Shown: positions 40,429 through 50,541, counted from the stretch's first letter. The stretch: DNA of 64,000 bases from Candidatus Roizmanbacteria bacterium GW2011_GWC1_37_12 (GCA_000991135.1 LBST01000006.1:46663-110662); one strand, 5' to 3'. Notes: generated by a model not told the origin, from the sequence alone. Made by a program: numbers and translations.

Positions 40429-41280
40429 TTATATAAAATCTTTTATCAGACTATCAAAGTCTACGAATCTTTCTTTGTTAACCAAAGTTTCTTTCTCCAG
40501 TTGAGGCAGTTGATCTGTAAAGGTAGGTCTTTTGATTTGGTAGATCACTCCTAACGGAAATTTTTCTTCGTTAATCTCAAGACTTTTTTCAACCGCTAGC
40601 TTGAAATTGTCTTTTTCAAAGTCAGCTGGGAGTTTATAGGTTTTTTGTAAATAATATTGGTATGTATTGATTTTATTAAATGTAACGCATGGCTGAAGGA
40701 TATTAATCAAAGAAAATCCTTTATGATTGACGCCCTCCTTTATCAAAGCGATTGTGCCATTAGCGTCGCCGGCAAATGCTTGAGCAACAAAAGTCGCGCC
40801 GCTCGTTATTGCCAAAGATAAAGGATTAATCGGTATTTCTATTATGCCTGAAGGCGTCGATTTTGATTTAAAACCCTTGGAAGCAGTCGGCGCGACTTGG
40901 CCTGTCGTCAAACCGTAAACGCCGTTATCATGGACAATAACAGTGATGTCATGATTGCCTCGGCAAGCGTGGATCAAATGATTTCCTCCTTCTCCATAAC
41001 AGTCGCCGTCTCCAACAATCGCAACTACCGGTAAATTATGATTGGCCAGTTTGATACCGATCGCGTTTGGAATGGCTCTGCCGTGGAGCGAATGAATGGC
41101 ATAGGCGTTTAAAAAATCATTCATGTTTCCGGAGCAGCCGATGCCAAAAACCACCGCCACGCCGGACGGGTCAAAACCAAGTTGAACAAATGCCTGCTTG
41201 ATGGCAATTCCTATCCCCCAGTCGCCGCAACCCGGACACCAAGTCGGGTTATAACCGGAGAAATCCTGAATAGTTGACAT
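40429..41280 (-). CDS. korB: 2-oxoacid:ferredoxin oxidoreductase, beta (TPP-binding) subunit
   Basis: WCPGCGD and the TPP motif GDGDCYGEGGNH. Confidence 0.9.
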   Translation of the reverse strand: MSTIQDFSGYNPTWCPGCGDWGIGIAIKQAFVQLGFDPSGVAVVFGIGCSGNMNDFLNAYAIHSLHGRAIPNAIGIKLANHNLPVVAIVGDGDCYGEGGNHLIHACRGNHDITVIVHDNGVYGLTTGQVAPTASKGFKSKSTPSGIIEIPINPLSLAITSGATFVAQAFAGDANGTIALIKEGVNHKGFSLINILQPCVTFNKINTYQYYLQKTYKLPADFEKDNFKLAVEKSLEINEEKFPLGVIYQIKRPTFTDQLPQLEKETLVNKERFVDFDSLIKDFI

Positions 41281-41308
41281 AAAAATTTCTAATTTCTAAT
41301 TGATTTAA

Positions 41309-43063
41309 TTAGGTTAATTTTCTAATAATCTCTTCAGTCCATATCGGCCTTCCGTCATATTTTAATATTTTCTCTTCAATTTCCACCCCTGTCTCCATTG
41401 CCAAAAGCTTGCCCATTTGCCCCCACGAATTATTTTCTAAAAGAATGTATCGTTTTTTTGCACTAAATAACTTTCTGATTTTGTCTTTATCTAGAGGATA
41501 GACATGGTTAAAATGAATAAAGGCAGTGTTTTCCAATGTTTTTTGGGCCTCAATAATCGACCCCTTGACAGATCCCCAGCTGACAAGGACAGTTTCTGCC
41601 TTTTCCAGATCGCCGTAGACTTTCGGCAGGGAAAAATCTTTTTCTAAATATGTTTGCCACTTTTTGTTTCTTTTATCTACCTGATCTATCCTCGGCTTCG
41701 CTTCTTCAGTCGTATGACCATCCTCGAGGTGTTCGTAGGAATTTGCCTGAAAATAGTATCCGGGAATACCGGGAATAAGTCTTTCCGATATTCCGTCTTC
41801 TGTGATTTTGTATCTTAAAAAATTTTTACTTTTAACATTTGAATTTTGAACTTGATTTGTCATTTGTAATTTGTCATTTGTAATTTCTTTAAGAAGCTTT
41901 CCTCTATTAACTTTATAGTTGGCTATAAAATCATCTACAAATTTCTTACTTACGCTCTTATGTCCTTCCGATAAAAACATGTCGCTCATAACAACCACTG
42001 GCAGCTGATAAACATCCGCCAGATTAAACGCTTTAGCGGTCAGTTCGATCATCTCTTCAACATCCCCAGGCGCTAAAACGATTTTCGGAAATTCGCCGTG
42101 GCCTGCATGAACCGTAAATAAAAGATCACTCTGTTCGGTCCAGGTCGGCATTCCGGTTGCCGGACCTGGCCTTTGTGACAAAAAAATGACAATCGGCGTT
42201 TCCGTAACTCCCGCTAAAGAAACCGCTTCAACCATCAAGGCAAAACCGCCTCCTGATGTCCCAACTGCTGACCGAACTCCGGCAAAAGACGAACCCAAGG
42301 CCGTATTAATTACCGAGATTTCATCTTCGCCATGACGGACAATCATGTTGTTTTTCTTCTGCCATGATGCCAAAGTCGTCAACACTGAACTTGACGGAGT
42401 CATCGGATAAGCGCAGTAAAACCGGCAATCGGCAACAACTGATCCTAATGAAAAAGCATCATTACCTGTCAAAACTAATTTTGTTTCTGATGTTTTTTTT
42501 GTCAACAACGGTTTAATTAATTGGAAATAGTTTTTTTTGACATAATCATATCCCTTTCTGACAAACTGCTTATTAAAATTAATTACTTCTTCTCCTTTTC
42601 TTCCGAACTGCTCTTCGATAATATGCTCTAATTCGTCAATCTCTCCTCCCAAAATCGCGAGCGTTGCTCCCAAAGCAATTGTGTTTTTCATCACCACCTG
42701 CCCTTTTTGCTCTTCCAGGATTTTCTTAAAAGGGATGTCTAATGTTTTATAGCTGCCTTTTTCCGGCACAAAATCACTTGAGTCGTAAACAACAATACTG
42801 TCGACGAGGAGGAATTTTTTATTTTGATCAAATGTTTCTTTATTTAAGCATATTAATAAGTCGACGTTATACTTCAACTGCCTTACAACTTGATCAGATA
42901 CACGGGTTTCAAAACTATTGTGTCCGCCACGAATGAGCGAAGGATATTTAATATAATCAAAGATATGATATCCTAATCTGCTGGCAATTTTGGAAAAAAC
43001 AAGGCCGGTCGTCATAATCCCAAAGCCTGCTTCTCCGCCGATTTTCCAAGTAAAATCAATCAT
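41309..43063 (-). CDS. korA: 2-oxoacid:ferredoxin oxidoreductase, fused gamma-alpha subunit
   Basis: N-terminal gamma-type GGEAGFGI, then the alpha domain (CAYPMTPSS, GGGFALM). An ATGA overlap with the sufU stop makes 43063 the likely start. Confidence 0.9.
   Translation of the reverse strand: MIDFTWKIGGEAGFGIMTTGLVFSKIASRLGYHIFDYIKYPSLIRGGHNSFETRVSDQVVRQLKYNVDLLICLNKETFDQNKKFLLVDSIVVYDSSDFVPEKGSYKTLDIPFKKILEEQKGQVVMKNTIALGATLAILGGEIDELEHIIEEQFGRKGEEVINFNKQFVRKGYDYVKKNYFQLIKPLLTKKTSETKLVLTGNDAFSLGSVVADCRFYCAYPMTPSSSVLTTLASWQKKNNMIVRHGEDEISVINTALGSSFAGVRSAVGTSGGGFALMVEAVSLAGVTETPIVIFLSQRPGPATGMPTWTEQSDLLFTVHAGHGEFPKIVLAPGDVEEMIELTAKAFNLADVYQLPVVVMSDMFLSEGHKSVSKKFVDDFIANYKVNRGKLLKEITNDKLQMTNQVQNSNVKSKNFLRYKITEDGISERLIPGIPGYYFQANSYEHLEDGHTTEEAKPRIDQVDKRNKKWQTYLEKDFSLPKVYGDLEKAETVLVSWGSVKGSIIEAQKTLENTAFIHFNHVYPLDKDKIRKLFSAKKRYILLENNSWGQMGKLLAMETGVEIEEKILKYDGRPIWTEEIIRKLT
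41818..41888. repeat. In-frame AT-rich repeat (TTGTCATTTGTAATTTGTCATTTGTAATTT) in the korA gamma-alpha linker
   Basis: Encodes ITNDKLQMTNQVQNSNVKSKN. Related intergenic copies at 46765-46795 and 3517-3540. Confidence 0.7.
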
Positions 43064-43410
43064 AATTTTTTTAGAGCTTCTAGAGGCAATAAAGCGCACT
43101 TAATTCTATTAACGCCAAGCTCAATTCCCAACATCTTAATCATAAATTCTTTGTCGAGGTTTTTCAATTCAAGTTCTGACTTATTCTTAATATATTGTGT
43201 CAGCATCGACGAGGACGCTATTGAGATGGCGCAACCTTTACCCTTGAATTTTGCCTCAACCACTTTGCCCTTGGCAATTTTTACGCAAAGCTCGACTTCG
43301 TCTCCACACAAGGGATTGGAGACTTTGGCTGTTTTAGTAGGTCGGTCAATTTTTCCAAAGTTTCGCGGGTGCTGGTAATGGTCGAGGATTAATTCGCTAT
43401 AGATACTCAT
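43060..43410 (-). CDS. sufU: SufU/IscU-type Fe-S cluster scaffold
   Basis: NPLCGDEVEL, GKGCAIS and a C-terminal conserved Cys. Confidence 0.85.
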   Translation of the reverse strand: MSIYSELILDHYQHPRNFGKIDRPTKTAKVSNPLCGDEVELCVKIAKGKVVEAKFKGKGCAISIASSSMLTQYIKNKSELELKNLDKEFMIKMLGIELGVNRIKCALLPLEALKKL

Positions 43411-43513
43411 AAGAAAACAGTTAAACCTTAAACATTAAACATTAAACAGTTAAAAAAACTATTAAACTATTAAGTATTAAAAATGTTTAAAAGTTTAATA
43501 TTTAATAGTTTGT

Positions 43514-44779
43514 TTAAGCTAATATCTTCTCCACCTTCTTTAACCCCTTAATTAACCTTTCAATATCATTTTCATCATTGTAAATATAAAAACTCGCCCT
43601 TACCGTAGCATTGACTCCCAATCTATTATGCAAAGGCATGGCGCAGTGGTGCCCAGCACGAACCGCTATTTTTTCTTCATCCAAGATAGAAGCAATATCG
43701 TGAGGATGATATTTTCCAAAACTAAAAGCGATTGCCCCTCCTCTGTCGTTCTCGTCAATGGGCCCAAATATTTTTAACCGATTGCCAAACTCGCGTCTTA
43801 ATATTTTAAGACAAAAAAGCGCTAACTTTTTTTCGTGTTCGCGAACTTTATCCATCCCAATAGTTTTTAAATACTTTATTGCTTCTTTAAACGCAATTAC
43901 CTCTCCGATTGCCGGCGTTCCCGCTTCAAACTTATGGGGCGGGTCTTTAAAAATAGTCCTGTCAATATACACCTCGTTGATCATTTCTCCGCCGTACATA
44001 AAAGGAAACATTTCTTTTAATAAATTTTCTTTTCCCCATAAGACCCCGACTCCGGTTGGCCCGAGCATCTTGTGAGAAGAAAAAACCAGGAAATCACAAC
44101 CGAGGTCTTGAACATCAACCTTAAGGTGCGGGACAGCCTGCGCTGCGTCAATAATGGTAATTATCTTAGGATTAATCTTTTTTGCCGCTGCAATAATTTC
44201 TTTGACCGGATTTATCGTCCCCAAAACATTCGAAATATAAGTCAGAGTTAAGATTTTAGTTTTTTCTGTTACTATTTTTTTTAATATTTGATATGTATTT
44301 TTAATATTTGATTTTTTATATTTGATATCGTCCAATTCTAAATCTAAATATCCTTTATCATTGATGTCAATTACCTTGAAACTAGCGCCTACTTCCAAAC
44401 ACAATACCTGCCAAGGAACAAAATTCGAATGATGTTCCATAATCGTTGTTACTATCTCATCATCCTTATCAACTATCTCCCGACCCAAAGAATAAGCAAT
44501 CAAATTTAATGATTCAGTCGTATTTCTCGTAAAAACTATTTCTGCGTCTTTGCGCGCGTTTATAAAATCCGCGACTATCTTTCGGGTTTCTTCATACTCT
44601 TCTGTTGCTTTCTCGGAAATCTTATAGACGCCGCGAAAGATATTGGCCGAATATTGTGAATAATATTCAACCAATTTGTCAATGACTGACTTTGGTTTCA
44701 AAGAAGTGGCGGTCGAATCAAGATATGTCAGTTTTGGGTTGTTATTGAAAATCGGAAAATCCTTCTTTAATTTGTTCAT
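43514..44779 (-). CDS. sufS: Cysteine desulfurase SufS (class V aminotransferase)
   Basis: SSHKMLGPTG (PLP lysine) and RAGHHCAMP (active Cys loop). The start at 44779 (MNKLKKDFPIF) is preferred; the upstream extension is repeat-derived. Confidence 0.9.
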   Translation of the reverse strand: MNKLKKDFPIFNNNPKLTYLDSTATSLKPKSVIDKLVEYYSQYSANIFRGVYKISEKATEEYEETRKIVADFINARKDAEIVFTRNTTESLNLIAYSLGREIVDKDDEIVTTIMEHHSNFVPWQVLCLEVGASFKVIDINDKGYLDLELDDIKYKKSNIKNTYQILKKIVTEKTKILTLTYISNVLGTINPVKEIIAAAKKINPKIITIIDAAQAVPHLKVDVQDLGCDFLVFSSHKMLGPTGVGVLWGKENLLKEMFPFMYGGEMINEVYIDRTIFKDPPHKFEAGTPAIGEVIAFKEAIKYLKTIGMDKVREHEKKLALFCLKILRREFGNRLKIFGPIDENDRGGAIAFSFGKYHPHDIASILDEEKIAVRAGHHCAMPLHNRLGVNATVRASFYIYNDENDIERLIKGLKKVEKILA

Positions 44780-44792
44780 TTTGTAACACGAC

Positions 44793-44834
44793 GTCATTCT
44801 GGCAAGGCCGCCTTAGGCGGCCGCGTCCAGAATC
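44793..44834. repeat. GTCATTCTGG...CCAGAATC palindromic unit (type 1)
   Basis: GTCATTCTGGCAAGGCCGCCTTAGGCGGCCGCGTCCAGAATC with an inner GGCCGCC/GGCGGCC hairpin. Confidence 0.9.
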
Positions 44835-44841
44835 TTTATGA

Positions 44842-45723
44842 TTATTTAAAAACTTTTAATGTGCTATTTTTTATTTGAATGTTTGAAAGAAAAACAGAAA
44901 TACCTATAAAAAATGCACCTAAAACTTCTAACAATGTTGGAATTTCTTTAAAAACGAATATTGCAATTAATAAGACAAAGATTAACTGTGAAGCTAAAAC
45001 GATAGATCCAAGATTCAGTCTAAAATTGGAGAGTCCAACAAACAGAAGAATTTGAATTAATACCAAACCTAAACCAAAAATTGTTATTAATAATATTGAA
45101 GGAAATATCCAATTATTTGTTCCAAATTCATTTAAAAAATATGCAATCGGTAGTATCAATAAAGCTCCTATAATCATTTGATAGAAAATTATTACCCACT
45201 TATTGATTTTATCTACATAATATTTCCTAGTAGTGTTACTTATACCGTAAAGAAATCCTCCGATAATGCCGGTAACAGGCCCAATCAAACCACTATCAAT
45301 AGAGGGGATCATAAATAATAAAAGTCCAGTGATTGATAAAATAGCGACTAATATCTTTTGAAAATCCATCTTTTCCTTAAAGTAAAAATAACCTAAAACG
45401 TAAGAAGTTAGCATAGTAGACGTAAATAAATAAAAAAATGAATTAGCAATCTTTGTAGCGTTAATACTGACTGTAAAGAAAAGAATATATAAAGGAAACG
45501 AGATGACCAAAATAGAAAAAAGTCGAGGTTTTTGTTTATCAATTTTTAAAGGAATTTTTTTGATAAATAAGTAAGGTAAAACTATCAAGCCGGCAAGAAG
45601 CATTCTCATCCCTACTTGGGTAAAATTGCCAATAAAATTATGCAAAAGTCTTACGAGTAAACCGAATAAAGCTAAAATTAAACCACATGACAAAAGAGAG
45701 AGAAATCCCTTATTTGTATTCAT
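44842..45723 (-). CDS. EamA/DMT-family transporter
   Basis: 10-TM profile as two EamA halves. Confidence 0.75.
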   Translation of the reverse strand: MNTNKGFLSLLSCGLILALFGLLVRLLHNFIGNFTQVGMRMLLAGLIVLPYLFIKKIPLKIDKQKPRLFSILVISFPLYILFFTVSINATKIANSFFYLFTSTMLTSYVLGYFYFKEKMDFQKILVAILSITGLLLFMIPSIDSGLIGPVTGIIGGFLYGISNTTRKYYVDKINKWVIIFYQMIIGALLILPIAYFLNEFGTNNWIFPSILLITIFGLGLVLIQILLFVGLSNFRLNLGSIVLASQLIFVLLIAIFVFKEIPTLLEVLGAFFIGISVFLSNIQIKNSTLKVFK

Positions 45724-45746
45724 AAGTTTTAAACCTTATCTAAAAT

Positions 45747-46034
45747 CTATTTAATAACTTTTATATAAAGATCCTTAAAATCTGGATTAAACTTTTCAAT
45801 CATATCAATTTTATCTTTTCTATTCATGTTTTTTATCTGTTTTTCTCTTATGATTGCTTGTTTTATCGAGTCGAAAACTTCAAAATAAACCAACTTATGA
45901 AGATTATATTTCGAAGTAAATCCTTCGACTAAATTATTTTTATGTTCGTAGACTCTTTTTATAAGATTGTTTGTTACTCCCGCATATAAAGTTGGTCTGT
46001 TATTTGCCATAATGTAAATGTAACCGTTTTTCAT
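45747..46034 (-). CDS. GIY-YIG nuclease-domain protein
   Basis: [29 protein letters not shown]...REKQIK. Confidence 0.85.
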   Translation of the reverse strand: MKNGYIYIMANNRPTLYAGVTNNLIKRVYEHKNNLVEGFTSKYNLHKLVYFEVFDSIKQAIIREKQIKNMNRKDKIDMIEKFNPDFKDLYIKVIK

Positions 46035-46045
46035 ATTCCTGATAA

Positions 46046-46233
46046 GATTCTGGAGTCGTCCCGATTAATCGGGACTCCCCAGAATGACATAAACATCTGA
46101 TTCTGGAGTCAGCGCCTATCGGCGCTTCCCCAGAATGACAAAAAAACTTAGGTCATTCTGGCAAGTGAACGAAGTGAACGCGTCCAGAATCGTTGTTGGC
46201 AGATTCTGGAGTCGTTTTACTCCCCAAAATGAC
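46046..46233. repeat. Array of four palindromic units of the GTCATTCTGG/CCAGAATGAC family
   Basis: U1 46046-88, U2 46099-139, U3 46152-91, U4 46202-33. The outer arms are conserved and the inner segments differ. In U1 and U2 the inner segment is itself a hairpin. Confidence 0.9.
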
Positions 46234-46770
46234 GAGATTTCTAACTTCATTAATGAATCCTTCAACTAATAACTCTTCAGCTTGTTTTTCATTTAATCCC
46301 CTAGTCTTAGTATAAAACATCTGCTCTTGATCAAGTCTCCCAGTTGTTGAACCATGAGTACAGAAAACATCGTTGGCCAGAATTTCCAAATATGGTTTTG
46401 AATCGATAAAACAGTCCTTTGACATCATCAAGTTTTGATTTTTTTGATAAGCGTGTGATTTTTGAGCGTTTTTCTCAATTCTGATTAAACCCCGATAGTA
46501 TAACTTTGACTCATCATAAAAAACACCTTTAATCAGCAGGTTTGACATCGACAAAGGAGCCTTATGATTTTGAAAAGTATTGATTTTGAATTCGCAATTC
46601 TTCTTTCCTATATAAAGACCGTAAATATTCAACTGCACTCCCGGAGTGATGATGTCGAAAATTAAATCTCCAGATAAATTCTCAAAATAAACCGAATAGT
46701 TTCCAGGTTTATCGTATATTAATCTTTTTTCTTTTGTTTCTAATTTTATAATTTGGAATTTATTTGACAT
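46153..46770 (-). CDS. sufD: SufD-like Fe-S assembly protein (short), with a repeat-encoded C-terminal tail
   Basis: AYQKNQNLMMS..PYLEILANDVFCTHGSTTGRLDQEQMFYTKTRG. The last roughly 25 aa (ILGSKTTPESANNDSGRVHFVHLPE) are read from units U4-U3. Confidence 0.7.
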   Translation of the reverse strand: MSNKFQIIKLETKEKRLIYDKPGNYSVYFENLSGDLIFDIITPGVQLNIYGLYIGKKNCEFKINTFQNHKAPLSMSNLLIKGVFYDESKLYYRGLIRIEKNAQKSHAYQKNQNLMMSKDCFIDSKPYLEILANDVFCTHGSTTGRLDQEQMFYTKTRGLNEKQAEELLVEGFINEVRNLVILGSKTTPESANNDSGRVHFVHLPE

Positions 46771-46793
46771 TTGTTATTTGTAATTTGAAATTT

Positions 46794-48203
46794 TTAGCCC
46801 ACGCTTCCTTCCATCTCCAAATTAATTAATCTATTTAACTCTATTGAGTATTCCAATGGTATCTCCTTTGTCACTGGATCGATGAAACCATTGACCAGGA
46901 GTCCCTCTGCTTCTGTTTTATTAATTCCGCGGGACGCCAAATAAAAAAGCTTTTCTTCGCCCAATTTTTCTACAGTGGCTTCGTGTTGGATATCAACTTC
47001 TTTTTCCTTTATCCTCATGTCAGGATAAGTATCGCTTCGTGATTTTTCATCGATGATGAGAGCGTCACAAGTTACATAAACTTTGGCATTTTTAGCTCCG
47101 GGCGAGACCTGAACCAGACCGCGGTATGACGTCCTCCCGCCCTTAGACGATATTGATTTGGAAATAATCCTGGAAGTCGTGTTTGGGGCCAGATGAATCA
47201 TCTTGGCGCCGGCGTCCTGGTGCTGGGAGTCTCCAGCATAGGCAATCGATAGGACTTCGCCTCGAGCTCCATCCCCCACTAAATAACAAGAAGGATATTT
47301 CATGGTTACACCAGATCCAATATTACAATCCACCCATTCCATCACTCCGTTTTCATAAACTTTTGATCTTTTCGTGACTAGATTATAAACATTCTTGCTC
47401 CAGTTTTGAACTGTCGTGTACCTGACTCGGGCATTTTTTTTTACGATAATCTCGACAACTGCCGCGTGAAGCGAAGAAGTCGTATAGATCGGCGCCGTGC
47501 AACCTTCAACATAATGGACAAAACTATCTTCTTCAGCTATGATTAAGGTTCTTTCAAACTGGCCGAAATTCTGGGCATTAATCCGGAAATAAGCTTGTAG
47601 GGGTAAAGTTACTTTTACTCCATTTGGCACATAAACAAAAGAGCCACCGGACCAAACAGATGAATTTAAAGAAGCAAATTTATTGTCATAAAGAGAAATT
47701 ACTGTTCCAAAATATTTTTTGACAATTTCCGGATACTTTCTTAAACCCGTATCCATATCACAAAAAATCACTCCTTGGCGCGTCAGTTCTTTCTGGATAC
47801 TCTCATATACTACCTCTGATTCATACTGGGCAGAAACTCCTGCCAAGAATTTCTTTTCTGCTTCTGGCACGCCAATTTTATCATAAGTATCTTTTATCTC
47901 TTTTGGCAAATCCTCCCAAGAATTAACCTGTTTTTCTGTTGGTTTAATATAATAGTAAATATCATTAAAGTCTATTTTGGAAAGATCAGCTCCCCAAACA
48001 GGCATTTGTTTGTTCCTAAAAACTTTGTAAGCTTTTAGTCTAAACGCTGTCATCCAAGAAGGTTCTTTTTTAAGAGAAGAAATCTGTCTGACTACATCCT
48101 CATCTATGCCCTTACGAGATTTAAAAACGTGCTTTTCCGGCATGGAAAAGCCGTATTTATATTCAAAATTAAGATCGGTATTTTTCATAACCATTTTTTT
48201 CAA
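46794..48203 (-). CDS. sufB: Fe-S cluster assembly protein SufB
   Basis: Highly conserved SufB sequence ([24 protein letters not shown]..., LFYLASRGI). The start may be at 48188. Confidence 0.95.
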   Translation of the reverse strand: MKKMVMKNTDLNFEYKYGFSMPEKHVFKSRKGIDEDVVRQISSLKKEPSWMTAFRLKAYKVFRNKQMPVWGADLSKIDFNDIYYYIKPTEKQVNSWEDLPKEIKDTYDKIGVPEAEKKFLAGVSAQYESEVVYESIQKELTRQGVIFCDMDTGLRKYPEIVKKYFGTVISLYDNKFASLNSSVWSGGSFVYVPNGVKVTLPLQAYFRINAQNFGQFERTLIIAEEDSFVHYVEGCTAPIYTTSSLHAAVVEIIVKKNARVRYTTVQNWSKNVYNLVTKRSKVYENGVMEWVDCNIGSGVTMKYPSCYLVGDGARGEVLSIAYAGDSQHQDAGAKMIHLAPNTTSRIISKSISSKGGRTSYRGLVQVSPGAKNAKVYVTCDALIIDEKSRSDTYPDMRIKEKEVDIQHEATVEKLGEEKLFYLASRGINKTEAEGLLVNGFIDPVTKEIPLEYSIELNRLINLEMEGSVG

Positions 48204-48885
48204 TAAATTCTGCCAATCTATAATCTCCTTCTTTCACAATCCTCCCTCCCAACATTACCAATACTCTATCCGGCTTGATATATTTGAGAATTCTATTGTA
48301 ATGAGTAATCAAAACTATCGTTCTTTCCTTTTTGAATCCATCTAAAAATTTGGCGATCGCTTTTAAGGCATCGATGTCAACTCCGGTATCGATCTCATCA
48401 AAGATTAAAAATTTGGGATCCAGCAAAACTGCTTGAATTAACTCTAATTTTTTCTTTTCGCCTCCCGAGGCATTGTCGTTTAAAGACCTTGACAATAGTT
48501 CTTCTTTTATGTGCAATTTTTTTGCCAACCTATCTATTTCTTGCTTGACTATTAGAGGGTCTTTAATTCCTGACAAAGCCAGACGCAACAGTTGAAAAAC
48601 AGTCACTCCTGATAGTGATAGTGGCGTTTGAAAAGATAGGAAGACTCCTTGTTTGGCTCGTTTGTCTGGCGGCAGCGCGCTTATGTCATTCTTGTTAAAA
48701 ATGATTTTGGCGTCTTTGTCCAATCGATAGGCTGGATGCCCCGAAATGGCATAGGCCAAAGTAGATTTTCCGCTTCCATTGGGACCCATTATCGCATAGA
48801 CTTTGTTTTTTTTAAATTCAAAGTTAAGATTTTTGAGGATTACTTTATTAGAGGCGGAAACGGTTAGATTTTTTAAAACTAACAT
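48169..48885 (-). CDS. sufC: Fe-S cluster assembly ATPase SufC
   Basis: Walker [13 protein letters not shown] signature, FDEIDTGVD. Confidence 0.95.
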   Translation of the reverse strand: MLVLKNLTVSASNKVILKNLNFEFKKNKVYAIMGPNGSGKSTLAYAISGHPAYRLDKDAKIIFNKNDISALPPDKRAKQGVFLSFQTPLSLSGVTVFQLLRLALSGIKDPLIVKQEIDRLAKKLHIKEELLSRSLNDNASGGEKKKLELIQAVLLDPKFLIFDEIDTGVDIDALKAIAKFLDGFKKERTIVLITHYNRILKYIKPDRVLVMLGGRIVKEGDYRLAEFIEKNGYEKYRS

Positions 48886-48888
48886 ATT

Positions 48889-49284
48889 TTAAACAATCTC
48901 AAGAAGTTTGTATTTTTTTAGATCGCGGCTAAGAATGGTGCTTAGACTATGTTTTAAGAAAGTTTTGTGTATGCAGTATTCGTCTCGCGGACATTTATAC
49001 CCTTCCCGCATACATTTGGTGATTTCCAGGTCACCCTCAAAAACCTTAAGATAATCATAAAGATTTAAATTTTTGGCTTTTTTACTCAAACGGTAGCCGC
49101 CGATTTTACCCTCGCGGCTCTCCAAAATTTTTGCCTGAACCAATCCGGCAGCAATCCTAGCTAAAAATCTTTTCGGTAGGTCTACTCGTTTTAAAATATT
49201 AGACAAAGGAATATAGTCTTTTTTGTCTTTAAGTTGAGAAATCAAAAGCATGCCATAATCTGACTGTTTAGTTATATTTAACAT
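48889..49284 (-). CDS. Rrf2-family transcriptional regulator heading the suf genes
   Basis: MLNITKQSDYGMLLIS...wHTH, plus C-terminal Cys residues (CMREGYKCPRDEYC). The internal ATG at 49284 is preferred. Confidence 0.8.
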   Translation of the reverse strand: MLNITKQSDYGMLLISQLKDKKDYIPLSNILKRVDLPKRFLARIAAGLVQAKILESREGKIGGYRLSKKAKNLNLYDYLKVFEGDLEITKCMREGYKCPRDEYCIHKTFLKHSLSTILSRDLKKYKLLEIV

Positions 49285-49347
49285 ACACTTAGATAGTAAT
49301 AGTTTAATACTAGTTAACTCAAAAATCAAGTCAGCAGATTTCGATTT

Positions 49348-50430
49348 CTATGTTATTATGAATTCTTCAAGTATTTTATAGTAAAGAGAGAGACTTTTGA
49401 TATCTATCCACTCATTTTTCTGATGCATGCCGCCGCCTTCTAAACCAAAGTGAACTGCGGGGATTTTTTTTATGCTGTAAAAACGGCCATCCGTTGCGTA
49501 ATGATCTTTTGTGAATAAGTCTTTTTCTTTATTATATCTTTTCAGTATCTGTGCTAACTTTTTTACTTCCGGAACAGTTCTGTCAGTTTCAAGCCCGGGC
49601 TCGTTCATTTTTACTTTGATCTCTGCTTGGGGAAAATATTTTTTTATTTTACTGATAATTTTTTCTGGCTGATCTTGGTATATTCTCCGTATGTCAAAAG
49701 TAGCTTCGGCATGATCGGAAATGACATTAAAGGCTGTGCCGCCATTGATAAGATTAAGACTATATGTTGTTGCCCAAATTTCCCTTTTAGGGAGCGGGTT
49801 CTCTGTATAAAATCGACTGATATCGCTTGCCATTTTGACATTTGCATTTTTACCATCCCAGGGACGAGAACCGTGAGCAGACTTTCCTCTATGCGTAACC
49901 GTTATTTTAAGAATACCCTTATGAGCCATTAATATCTTTAAGTTGGTTGGTTCTCCACCCAGAAAAAGACGTGTTTTGGCCTCTTTTTTTTCAGAAAAAA
50001 TTTTCGTTCCGGAAAAACCACCGATTTCTTCATCAGTGACTAACGTGAGCCCCACATCATCAGGTAGTTTGTTTTTTTCGCTAAGATTTCTGAATAACTC
50101 TATTATTGCAGCAGCTGCTCCTTTCATATCATAGACTCCTCGACCAAACGCTTTATCTCCCTTTATTTTTAGTTTAAACGCTTCTCGCAAAGCGGGGACG
50201 ACATCAAGATGCGCATTCAAGAGAATCCGAAAGGGCTTGTTAACTAAATGATTTTTTCCGTAAATCAGTAGACTCGAGAAACCATTATTAATATATCTTT
50301 TAATGAGCAAGTTTTTATTATTCAGATAGCCGGCAACGTAATTGATGATCTTACCGCCTTCTTTTTTATCGCTGGATACAGACTTAAATTCAACCAATTT
50401 TTCTAAAAGTGCTAAAATATTTTTTTCCAT
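49348..50430 (-). CDS. M20 family metallohydrolase (ArgE/DapE/N-acyl-amino-acid deacylase-like)
   Basis: LNAHLDVV, GRGVYDMK, VTDEE, GKSAHGSRP and NGG..FNVI. The ATG at 50430 is preferred to the TTG at 50442. Confidence 0.85.
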   Translation of the reverse strand: MEKNILALLEKLVEFKSVSSDKKEGGKIINYVAGYLNNKNLLIKRYINNGFSSLLIYGKNHLVNKPFRILLNAHLDVVPALREAFKLKIKGDKAFGRGVYDMKGAAAAIIELFRNLSEKNKLPDDVGLTLVTDEEIGGFSGTKIFSEKKEAKTRLFLGGEPTNLKILMAHKGILKITVTHRGKSAHGSRPWDGKNANVKMASDISRFYTENPLPKREIWATTYSLNLINGGTAFNVISDHAEATFDIRRIYQDQPEKIISKIKKYFPQAEIKVKMNEPGLETDRTVPEVKKLAQILKRYNKEKDLFTKDHYATDGRFYSIKKIPAVHFGLEGGGMHQKNEWIDIKSLSLYYKILEEFIIT

Positions 50431-50458
50431 AGTTATTAACAAAAGTTACGCAGTAAAC

Positions 50459-50541
50459 GTCATTCTGGCAAGGCCGGAGGCCGCGTCCAGAATCTGCACA
50501 ACGATTCTGGAGTCGCTCGTTACCTCGCTCCCCAGAATGAC
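50459..50541. repeat. Composite GTCATTCTGG...CCAGAATGAC repeat (type 1 plus type 2 units)
   Basis: GTCATTCTGGCAAGGCCGGAGGCCGCGTCCAGAATC-TGCACAAC-GATTCTGGAGTCGCTCGTTACCTCGCTCCCCAGAATGAC. Confidence 0.9.

Noticed and set aside
46046-46233. Possible CRISPR array, since it has four similar units with short spacers
   Set aside because: The units are themselves long palindromes with variable interiors and alternate in orientation. The spacers are only 10-12 nt. No cas genes are present, and the same units occur singly elsewhere, including inside genes. This fits a REP/MITE-like repeat, not CRISPR.
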